Position numbers and translations under genes: made by a program
Assembly (NCBI RefSeq): GCF_020745735.1
Contig: NC_083430.1
Coordinates: 22,868,909 to 22,932,908 of the forward strand
Direction of reading: 5' to 3'
Length of the DNA stretch: 64,000 nucleotides
Origin: Hemiscyllium ocellatum
Taxonomy: Eukaryota
Notes under the pieces: generated by a model
What the model saw: the letters and a program-made list of their open reading frames with translations, nothing else
Database searches by the model: none
Told to the model about the DNA's origin: nothing
In this document: piece by piece, positions 54,131-64,000 of the stretch
How the letters are laid out: every line of letters begins with the position of its first letter
How positions within the stretch are numbered: the stretch's first letter is position 1

Positions 54131-55778
54131 TGGCCTCACCCATCACAGTTTGCTTCTGTTTTATATGCTGCCAATAGGAAACAAAAACACAAATTCTTAC
54201 TGGATTCCTTCCTTTGCAAGACAGTCGCAGTTGCTGCTTGACCCGTCGGTAGGAAATGCTCCTGACACTCACCGAAACTCTCACATTGACCTCAAGAGCA
54301 GCAATTACTGCAACCTCAGTCGTGAGCTTATAAGTATCTGCTGGCTGTGCAAGATTACACAATCAACTGCTCGCACTTGTTCCTACTGAGATCTGAAATA
54401 TATCTTATCAATGAAGCCTCACCCAACAACTAGTTCACGAGACTGTTTGCAGTTTGACATCGATCAATGTCTTTTCTTAACTGATTTGAACATGTCTCTG
54501 ACCTATGCAGAATCCAATGAACATGAAATAATTGTTTAACTTCAGAAAAATTACAGAGAGATAAATTTATGGAGAGAACAGTTACCTCACAGGGAAAAGG
54601 GAGACAGACCGGGAGTGTTCCTGTTTGCCACATAGGAAAGCATCAGTCATCAGCTTGAACACCACCCAAGCAATGAAGTCCTGACTGACAAAAATATGAA
54701 AAGAAATGCACTTGGATTTTGTGATAATATTGGTGTTGAACTGATGAATATCCTAATGTGGAATTATATCACCAGTCCTTCATTAGTGCTGAGTCAGAAT
54801 CTTGAAACTCCCTTCCTAATAGCATTGAGATTATATTTGTCCCCGAGTTCACCATAACATTCTGAAGGACAATCAATAGTGAATAATGCCTGCCATTCAT
54901 GGAAGAAACGATATGTAATTATTACAGAAATACAGTAAAGCCTGCATTATTTAGCAGAATACAATGTGGAATCTTATGCTTCGCCGACTGAAATCTGCAA
55001 TGTGCTCCACTTCCACTTTTGGATCCAGTGACCTGTCTTCAGAAGGTTCTTCATTTATGATCACTTGCTATTGTGGTATTCACCAAGTTGGTCATTTGAT
55101 TTCAAAAGTACATTAATAATTGGCAAGACAAAAGTATTGAATAGTTGCCATCACATTATTTCTGTTAACCAGTGCATGCCAGATCTTGCAAATTGTATTG
55201 CGTGACCAAGAGTACATAGAGAAGAGCAGCTTTACTGTATTGAATCATGATTAGAAATTTCTTCCAAATGTCTTGATTATCACCTAATAGAGGTGTTAGA
55301 GGTATCCAAAGACAGAAACTGAACTATGGCAGTCTTGGGGAGTAACTTGATGTTTGATGAAATGCAGGTACTAAACCGAGAATAGTCTGCTATTCCCTAA
55401 TGCTCAATTTATCAAAACAGCAGAAAGTAAAAATAAGACAACTTGTGACATCAGATTGCATGTCAGGACATAGTCCAGCACAGTCATTCCAGGATCCCCT
55501 CCTACTTTGTACATATTTACAACCTTCAGTAAACAGTTCTGATTACCAAGTCCTGCTCCGCATCTACCTTTAAGCACATTTAAGACACTCAATGAGCGAC
55601 TGATTCGATTTTGACTGGTCTTCACAGCAGAGACTTTTTCTCAAATCAGTAAGTTAAGACTGGCTCCAGGATTTCATAACTGTAGTTTAGTAGAGAACCC
55701 GAAAGATGGCATTTGTTTATTTCACTGTTGAATTTGTTATCACATTCCAATGAAGCCGAGATTCAAGACATAAAACCA

Positions 55779-55890
55779 GGGGTCTTTGTGATGCAGTGGT
55801 AGTGTCCCTATATTTGAGCCAGGAGGCCTGAGTCCAAGTCCCATCTACTTCAGAGGTGAGTAATAACATCTCGGAACAGGTTGATTCAAG
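55779..55890 (+). mobile_element. Short tRNA-derived SINE inserted in the diverged promoter homolog (similar copy ~62550-62655)
   Basis: GTGATGCAGTGGTAGTGTCCC...GAGTCCAAGTCCC A/B-box-like; absent from the aligned A-unit cassette. Confidence 0.55.
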
Positions 55891-55908
55891 AAAGCAAACC
55901 TCACCATT

Positions 55909-55920
55909 AGTTTCAGTTTT
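55909..55920 (-). promoter_or_regulatory. Degenerate ISRE in a diverged homolog of the promoter cassette
   Basis: AGTTTCAGTTTT; flanks 55670-55930 align by eye to 220-365 (TTATTTCACTGT...TCAATGAA; CATTA.TTTCAGTTT...CCTCA). Confidence 0.45.
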
Positions 55921-56428
55921 ATTGCCTCAAACTTTCATCAGACATTACCAACCATTTAAGAATACAATATGCTCACAGGGTGTGGAAGATATAAAACTTC
56001 TAAGGACGTAAATGTGTTGGAGGGCTGATTTTATCATTTGTCATACTGTCCCTAAAATGTAGTTGTGAATCAAAAGTTGAACTGAAATGAAAATTATTTT
56101 AAACAGTTCACTTATCCAAACCCTTAAATTTACAAACCAGGTGACACATTGGGAAGAAGATGTCCCTCCTCTCTAAAGCAGCTGCCATATTTCCAAGTAA
56201 ATGCACGACAGGCATACCTCAACTCTGATAACACACACTTAGGCCAGAAATCATTATGAATTCCTCAGAAAAACTGCTACTAAAGCTCAATAATCCAAAA
56301 AAAAAGTGATTAATTTGTGGCTAGATTTGTATGGGAAACTGGGTGCTGTTGGAGTTTGTGGTAAACTGCTGTCTAATAGTTAAGATGCAGATATTGCAGG
56401 CTACCTCAGCATTCCTTGAGGTGGTGGT

Positions 56429-56635
56429 TGAAAAGTGTGGCGCTGGAAAAGCACAGCAGGTCAGGCAGTATCCGAGGAGCAGGAGAGTTGACATTTTGGA
56501 CATAAGCCTTTCATCAGACTTATTTCATCAGGCTGACTCTCCTGCTCCTTGCATGCTGCCTGACCTGCTGTGCTTTTCCAGCATCACACTTTTTGACTCT
56601 AACTCTCCAGCATCTACAGTCCCCACTTTCTCATG
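56429..56635. mobile_element. Older palindromic PLE-terminus insertion with 11-bp TSD
   Basis: TSD GAGGTGGTGGT at 56418-56428 and 56636-56646. Inverted arms ~56431-56492 / ~56535-56595. Decayed CTGATGA motifs in the centre. Confidence 0.8.
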
Positions 56636-56709
56636 GAGGTGGTGGTGGTGAGCTGCCTTCTTGGACCGCTGTAGCCCATTTCATGTAAGTACCCACACAA
56701 TGCTGTTAG

Positions 56710-57159
56710 GAGTTAAAAATCACACAACACCAGGTTATAGTCCAACAGGTTTAATTGGAAGCACACTAGCTTTTGGAGCGTCGCTCCTTCATCAGGTGGT
56801 AGTGGAGGGCTCAATCCTAACACACAGAATTTATAGCAAAACTTTACAGTGTGATGTAACTGAAATTATACATTGAAAATTGATTGTCTGTTAAGTCTTT
56901 CATCTGTTAGAATACCATGATGGTTTCACTTCTTTCATGTGTAAATCACAAAACCTTTTTTTAAAAATGTTGCATTCTCAGGTTAGCTGTTAACAATGGT
57001 GATAGCTAGACAATATGTTGAAGGTGTTAGCCCCCTGTGTTCTCTGTCTATGCCATGATGTTTAGATTGATTCTAATTTAAAAAGTGAGATAACAGAGTT
57101 TTACATGAATTCATGCAGTTTTTGAGCTCAGAGTTCCCCATGAATGACTCCAAATCATG
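56710..57159 (-). mobile_element. Second PLE-family terminal fragment with 11-bp TSD and a hammerhead-like motif (56764-56798)
   Basis: TSD AATGCTGTTAG at 56699-56709 and 57160-57170. Minus strand CAC-CTGATGA-A-GGAGC(GAC)GCTCC-AAAA-GCTA-GTG (GAAA core mutated to AAAA). Confidence 0.75.
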
Positions 57160-57170
57160 AATGCTGTTAG

Positions 57171-57610
57171 AGAGTGAGTTCACACATTTGCCCTAGGGAA
57201 GGAACAATGATATATTTCCAAGTTGGGATGATGTGTGAGTTCAAGTGAATCTTACGGGTGATGCTGTCAACATGTATCTGCTACCCTTGTCCTTCCTGGT
57301 AGTTGAGGTCATGCATTTGAAGATTGCTGTTTAAGGCTGCAGTGCATCTTTTAGACAGAACATAGTTGCCATTCTGTATCAGTGAGTGGGGAAAGGAGTG
57401 AATGCTGAAGGGGTTAGATTAGGTGTCAATCAAATGAGCTGCTTTGCGCTGCATGGTGTTGAGCATTTTGAGTATTGTTGGAGTTGCATGCTTCCAGGCA
57501 GATGGAAAATATTCCATCACATTCTCGAGTACTGTCTTGTAGATGGAAAACAGGTTTTGGGGAGTCAGGATGTGATTTAGTCAACCCAGAGCTCTGACTT
57601 GGTATTTATA
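57171..57610 (-). mobile_element. CR1/L2-group LINE 3' fragment (host of the two PLE insertions; begins ~56410)
   Basis: Aligns by eye to 4950-5420 (TTCCAAGT.GGGATG, ATGTATCTGCT.C.CTTG.C.TT). Confidence 0.6.
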
Positions 57611-57756
57611 TAACTGGCTTCTGCATAATATTTTTTACATTGTAATATCCAAGAAAGAAAAACAGTCAAAGCTATTTTGGAATATGCAGTATGTTTATTG
57701 AATTGCAGTTAACATTTTGCTTCCTGCATATTCAGAATGGAAAACAGAATATCCAT

Positions 57757-60700
57757 TTAATTTTGTTTGTTTTTAGATACGGTTTGTTTTCGAAATTTTG
57801 CCAATGACCCCAAAGAGGCACCTAACATTCCCAGTCCAACTTTGGCAGCTACTGGGATTCCAGCTGCCCCTGCAAAGAACAGAAAAAGAAAGGGCATCAA
57901 CATGACATGATCGGAATTTATCAATAATCAACATTTCTGATAATTCTGATCTAAATAATATTCTGAGGAAGTATAGATTCCACACTAAAACTTGTTAAAT
58001 AATAATTTTTTATGAGCATTCACAACAAAACCAACCCATATATTACTGGTACATTGTTGAGGTTAAAACATATGTAGCATTAATATTTATTGCAAAAATA
58101 TCACCTAACTTCAGTTAAGTCTACACTGAGAGACAATAAAATATTATTTCATACTGTCATAAATGCAAAGTGTCAAACTTTATCAATGAAGCTTTGAAGA
58201 AGAAATGCTGAGAACTGTCCATTACTTATCAGCGAATTTTACCAGCAGATTGAAGGATGGCCACCAGACTTCCAGCAGCTACTCCTCCCCCATTGGCGAT
58301 AGCTGCTGAAGACATCATACTTGCTGCAATGGAGCCTCCTGCTATTCCAGCACTGGTAAATCCCACAGCTCCCAGAATCACCGGGGCAGCAGCAGTGGTT
58401 ATAACTGAAAGATAATATTTCCCCATTTCAATACCACACATTGAGGAGGATGCTGGGGGGGGGATTGCAGAGGGAAATGGGCAGCGAAAATGAAGCAGAT
58501 CAAGGTCGCCAATGGGTAAGTCTACACTGGGTGACCATGATGGGGGAGGAGACAGTGATTAGGAAACAGAAAAAGGGATGGAAGGCAGCAAAGGGAGAAA
58601 AGAGCTATAGGGATCCTCAGGAGGTAGTCAGATGTAGGAGATCTACAGAGGTCGGAAAAAAACCTGCTGTGGCATGGAGGGCTGTGAGAAAGGGGTGGGG
58701 TGGGGAACACATGAAACCTGGTGGGCAGCAAGAGGATGGAAGGTTATTAAGATGGTGATTTCAAGGGCCAAGTGAGTTGGAGAGGAAGTGAGGGTTGGGG
58801 AAGCTTAAGTAGGTGGGGTGAGTGGTCATCAGGTGATGGTCAGGCAGGAATGGAAGAGGGTTGACAAAGAGGCCATGAGGGGAACAGCGATGCTAAAATC
58901 AGAGTGAGGCTCCAAATCAGAAAGAGATGGTGTGGAAAACGTGAGGGTCTGTGAGAGGGAGAATTGCTGCAGGGGGATAATTGAGACTGTGAATGGGAAG
59001 GTCTTCAATGGTTGAGAAAGGTTCCTAAGAAGAGAATGATTAAGATTTACCAATGATTAGGAGTAGACTGATAGGTCAATAATTGGCTGGTTTGGATTTG
59101 CCTTGCTTTTTTGTGTACAGGAAATACCTGGGCTATGTTCCATGTTGTTGGGTAGATGTTAGTATTGTAGCTGGGTGGAAAAAGCTTGGCTAGGGGTGCT
59201 GAAGCACATGTCTTCAGTATTACTGCTGGAATATTGTCCAGGCCAACAACCTTTGCAGTATCTAGGACCACAAACCATTTCTTGATATCATGTGGAATGA
59301 ATCAAATTGGCTGAAGATGGTATCTTTTGTAGCTTCACCAGGTTGAGATCTTTCTCAGTGCTATTCCTGGCATGCTGTCCTGAACTCTTCACTGAATTAG
59401 GATGATCCTTGACTTAATGTTAATGTTAGTATGGGGGGATATGCCGATTCATGTGATTGCTGATTTATTTCAGTACAATTCTGCTGTTGATGATTCCTAG
59501 TCCTGAGTTGCTAGATGTGTTCCTATTTAGCATAGTGATAGTACCATACAGCATGCTGGAGGGTATCCTTAATGTGAAGATAGGACTTTGTCTCCACTAG
59601 GACCACGTAGTAGTCGCTCCTTCTATTACTCTAATGGCCAGATGCATTTATGGTAGGTAGGTTGGTGAGGACGAGGTCAACTATGTTTTTCTCGGTCATT
59701 GATTCCCTCACCCACCTGCTGCAGATTCACTGTAGCTGCTATATCCTTCAGGACTTATTGGCCAGAGGCTGCTCACACATAAAGATAGTAGCTCTGAACT
59801 GAAGTTACCTGATCCCTAGCTGCTTACTTGGGCTGGTTTGAGCTGGTTCAGCTCTGAGGGATGCCAGAAGAGGGAAATTCTTATTTGGTGAAAGAGTAAT
59901 GAGGAAGTCCTAAAGGTGTCCTCGAAGTGAGCCTGTACTGGATTCATAAGCCGGGTGAAGGGGCAGGAGTGCTGTGTGTGGCAAGCATCAGGATGCTTCT
60001 GTGCCCATATTTGACTTGATGCCACAAGGTGCCTTGGGATCTGGAGTCAATGTTGAAATCTGTCAGGAAAACCCCCTCCCTCCCCCCCACCCACCCACCC
60101 CAATTCTATACCACAGTGCCGCCACCTTACCAGAAATGGAGAGGGTGATGTCTGGAACATTGTTTGTAAGGTGTGATTCAAGGAGTATGACAATGAATAT
60201 TCACAAGCGTGACTGGTTGGGCTCCCTAGTCTGCGAGACATTTTCCTCAACATTGGCACTAGCCAAATGCATGTTAGTGAATGTTGGTCAGGAGGTCTTA
60301 GCTAGCGTGACACAGCTGAATTTCCAAAGCCTAGGTTAATGTCAGGTGGTCCGACCAGTTCCCTTTTGTTTTAGGCTTCTTAGTGCTTAAATAAAATTGA
60401 GTGCTCTACAAGGTCATTTTTGAGGGAATTGCTATGAATCCGGAGTCAAACATAGATCAGACAAGGGTAGCAAGATTTTCTTTTCTGAAGGACATTAGTC
60501 AACGAGATGAGTTTTTCAGGGTCATTTAATTCCAGACTTTTAAAAGAAATTTCAAATTCTACAGTCTTCCATGGTTGGATTCGAACACCAGTCCTCAGAC
60601 CATAGCCTGCCTTTGGGCTTCTCGGAATTGTAGTTGCAATAGGGAATCTAGTTCTCATTATGATATTTTGACTCTTTTGAGATATTTGTATGGTGAAAGC

Positions 60701-60820
60701 CAGATAAACCTTAGTAGCATCTTCCCTGAGACTCTACATGCTCATAGTTTAAAATAACGATTGTGCGGTTGCACAGAACTTACCTGCTCCTGCTGTTGCA
60801 GCTCCTAATCTTACCCACAT
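57757..60820 (-). CDS. IFI27L2: Diverged ISG12/IFI27-like paralog B (103 aa); exons 60820-60784, 58404-58243, 57869-57757
   Basis: GT-AG phase-1 introns join 37+162+113 = 312 nt: [16 protein letters not shown]...[47 protein letters not shown]. Acceptor context (TTTACAG|AGTGAATATC) is homologous to A. Confidence 0.9.
59050..60400 (-). mobile_element. Decayed CR1/L2-group LINE ORF2 in intron of paralog B
   Basis: [29 protein letters not shown]...[16 protein letters not shown] pre-RT region. Confidence 0.75.
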
Positions 60821-61084
60821 GGTTAGTGTGCGGATATTCACTCTGTAAACTGAGTAAAGGACTCACATGAAACTCTCAAACCCATCAATCAATCTCACTG
60901 TCGAGTAAATACTGTCAATACATCATCTTTCCTGCACACCTCCTGCCCCCACTCAACAAACCCCTTCCCCTGCCCGACTATTTTTTTTGTCATTTGACCC
61001 ATTGCCTTTTGTTAATGATGTTGGTACGATTGTCCAGAATGGAAGACTTACATTTACATTACTCCTTTCACATCAATCAGAAAC

Positions 61085-61470
61085 ATCCCGTACAGCCAAT
61101 ATTGTTCTTTTGAAGTGCGGCCACTATTGCAATAAAAGGAAACACAGCACCCAGTCTGTGCACAGCAAGATCCCACAAACAGCAAAGCAAAAATGACCAG
61201 GTAATTTGATTTTATGATAGTGGCTGAGAGATGTCTAGTGACCAAAATGTTGCAAATAACACCCATGATCCTCTTCAAAATAACCCTGTGGTGATGGGAT
61301 CATTTCTGTACACCTGACAGGATCAGTGGGGCTACATCTTCACATCTCATTCAAGAGAAGGTGCCTCTGACAATTTTAGCAGCACTAGACTCTCAGCTTT
61401 GATCTTTATGGTATGGGACCTCAAACCTCAATTTATCGACTGAGGGGCAAAAGCTCCACCACCTAAGTCC
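61085..61470 (-). mobile_element. Deu-domain SINE (SacSINE1/AmnSINE-like)
   Basis: Minus strand GCTGTTTGTGGGATCTTGCTGTGCAC...CACTTCAAAAG and a tRNA-like head near 61400-61470. Confidence 0.65.
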
Positions 61471-63309
61471 TAATTAACAGCTGGGACTGAACGATATAGA
61501 GCACTGGACTTCCTCAAAAGCTGAAAGGTTGGTTGTGGGTGGGGAGGGGCCCAGGGAATCATCAGCTGCTGAAAAAATCCAGCAACTTGAAGCTGAGGTG
61601 CGTGACACAAGATCAATTAGTCTGTGTTTAGGGGTCTCACTGCGGGTTGAGCTGGCAAGCTGCAGCAACAGGGGTGAGGGTTGTGGCTTGGTAGGCCATT
61701 TGGATAAGGAAGGTAAAACCTTAGGGAAGAGACGATTCCTTTTGAGAGGCTCAAGTGTTCAATTAAGAAGGATCCTCCAGTATACCATCAAGCACACCAA
61801 AAAAACCTGTTGATCATTTGTGTAGGCATCATCTGCAAACAGTAAGGTCCTGTCATCTTGAGGATGAACAATAATTGCTGACTTAATGGCATCAATTTGC
61901 CTACTGGTGGGGTCTTAAAAGAGCTGGAGAAGCAGTGAATATCTTCTAGCTGCTACACTCTCTGGATTTACTCATGATGTTTTTTTCCTCCTGCATGTGA
62001 GAATCTGTGCCTGAATTTGCCTTTTTGCCAAGGGGTGTGTTGATGGGATGTAACTATATTGCAACAGTTAATTAATAATACAGGTCATTTTGTTATAAGG
62101 CACATTTTGTTAATATGAATTTACTAAAACACGATTGACAAATCGGGGACACTGTTTCTAAAGCGTGAACATTTAAAGTGTGTATTCGTTATAACATGAT
62201 TCTGCCCCCATTAGTTTAAATCTTGCTCCTATTATGATATATTCTTAAAACAGGGGATTGCACAAGAATGGAACTATTGTGTTATGGCAGAACCGACTGT
62301 AGGTACTTTATCTCTCAATCAGTTAAATTTTACAATAGTTAAGTTATTCTAAAACCTTCTTGCTTTTGATTGTATTTTAACCAAAGTGTTTAAATAAATT
62401 GGGTTTTGTAGTCTGACCAGCCACAATGCATCTGGAACACGGCACTTCACATCTACCTTTTAGAATAAGAAAAGGTTAGGGTCTAGGCTACCTTCTTAAA
62501 ATGTTTTGGGTCTGGTCTGGTACATAACACAAGTGAATTTAAAAAATGTTGTGTCACATTGGTGCCTCTACCATTGAGCCAAGATCCCAGGCTCGAGTTC
62601 CATCTGTTCCAAGATGCATCCTTTAATCATATATCCCTGGAGAAGTTGATTCAGAATAAAACATATTCAGAACAAAGCCTGCTGAACTCAGTGAAAGTCC
62701 CACCACCTCACTCTTCAAAACATAGGCAACGGGATTGTTAAATTCAGCCCCTAATCCTGCCAGGTCATCATTTTGTATTTCTTTTGTAAAAATGGCAGAA
62801 ATTAAATATAAAGAGTCTAAAAGTCTTATTTTTTTTTAGATAAAAGTCCAGCAAGCCCCTGATCTAACTGTAGTTCAAAATCACAACAGCTTATTTACAG
62901 AATATTAAACCGAATGAAACTTACAGAAACGTCAGTATCCTTTGACAATATCGATGTACTCAGCAGCCAAGCTGAATGCTTCTTGAGTTTCTTTGAGTAT
63001 ACAGAATTCAGTTAGATGACTCATTCCTCAGACTGAATCAATCCTATACAGGTACAAAGATCAATGACCAGGCAGAGTCAATCAAATACAAATCAATTAT
63101 TTTTAACGCCAACATCTTCCCCATCTTATTTCCAACTATATTGTTCTAAACAGTATCATCCAAATATGCACAATTTAAATCATTTCAGTTCAACTTTTCC
63201 TCTGCATGCAGAAGTATGTTGAGCTACAAAGTGTCTCTGATTGTTTCCAATTAGGTGTTTAAATTTATTATGGGGTACTGAGGTCAACTTGATGCAGTGG
63301 ATGATTGAT

Positions 63310-64000
63310 ATGACTCATAGGAAAGAGAAAACCCTAAGCACTCTACACTTAGGTGAGGAACAAGAGGATGGCCAGAGTGAGGGTAAGGCAGATCAGGGAT
63401 AGCGGAGGGAACTTGCGCCTGGAGTCGAAGGAAGTAGGGGAGATCCTTAATGAATACTTTGCTTCAGTATTCACTACAGCGAGGGACCTTGATGTTTCTG
63501 AGGGCAGCGTGAAACCAACTGATATGCTAGAACAGGTTGATGTTAGGCAGGAAGATGTGCTGAAAACTTTGAAAAACAAATGGATAGATAAATCCTTATC
63601 CATCCAGGACCAGGCGGGATATACCCTAGGTTTTACAGGAAGTGTGGGAAGAGATTGCTGCGTTTTTGGCGATGATCATTGTGTTCTCACCGTCCACTGG
63701 TGTAGTGCCAGATGATTAGAGGGTGGCAAATGTTATTCCCTTGTTCAAAGAAAGAAATAGGGATAATCCTGGGAATTAAAGACCAGTCTGTCATATGTCA
63801 GTGGTGTGCAAAGTATTGGAGAGGATTCTGAGAGAGAGGATTTATGATTGCTTGTAAAACCATAGTTTGATTAGAGATAGTCAACATGTCTTTGTGAAGG
63901 GCAGGTCATGCCTCACAAACCTTTGAGGGTGTGACAAACACGTTGATGAAGGTAGACCAGTGGGTGTGGTGTAAATGGATTTTAGCAAGGCATTTGATAA
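63310..64000 (+). mobile_element. CR1 LINE ORF2 fragment running off the window end
   Basis: EVGEILNEYFASVFT, WRVANVIPLFK, QH.FVKGRSCLTNL, DFSKAFD, with stops and frameshifts. Confidence 0.9.

Noticed and set aside
58441-59050. Purine-rich block with 105-aa ORF in B intron
   Set aside because: Low-complexity, probably TE-derived; no motif I can support.
60809-60814. Internal donor ATGTGG|GTAAGA in paralog B exon 1
   Set aside because: Phase 0 would frameshift the ISG12 exon; the downstream GCAG|GTAAGT donor is homologous to A and keeps frame.

Overview
This is eukaryotic (vertebrate) genomic DNA, not a prokaryotic window. The repeat content (HE1-like V-SINEs, a Deu-domain SINE, CR1/HER1-like LINEs, Penelope-like elements) points to a cartilaginous fish, probably a shark (inference). 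Positions 1 to ~51,200 are a head-to-tail array of a ~11.3 kb unit: four complete copies starting at 1, 11360, 22620 and 33887, plus a partial fifth from 45205. Each unit carries one minus-strand ISG12/IFI27-family (Ifi-6-16 domain) interferon-inducible gene with three coding exons, an ISRE + TATA cassette and a fixed set of TE relics. Copies A1-A4 encode an identical 89-aa protein. Copy A5 is disrupted by a 217-bp palindromic Penelope-derived insertion (14-bp target duplication) in its first coding exon. A diverged paralog B (57757-60820, 103 aa, basic C-terminal tail) follows; its ISG12-domain exon is 161/162 identical to A although its flanks are clearly diverged, which suggests exon-limited gene conversion. 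Minimal hammerhead-ribozyme motifs occur in the Penelope-like ends. Nearly all other ORFs in the track are TE fragments or spurious. Gene models come from manual splice-site reading and translation; no expression or database evidence was available.
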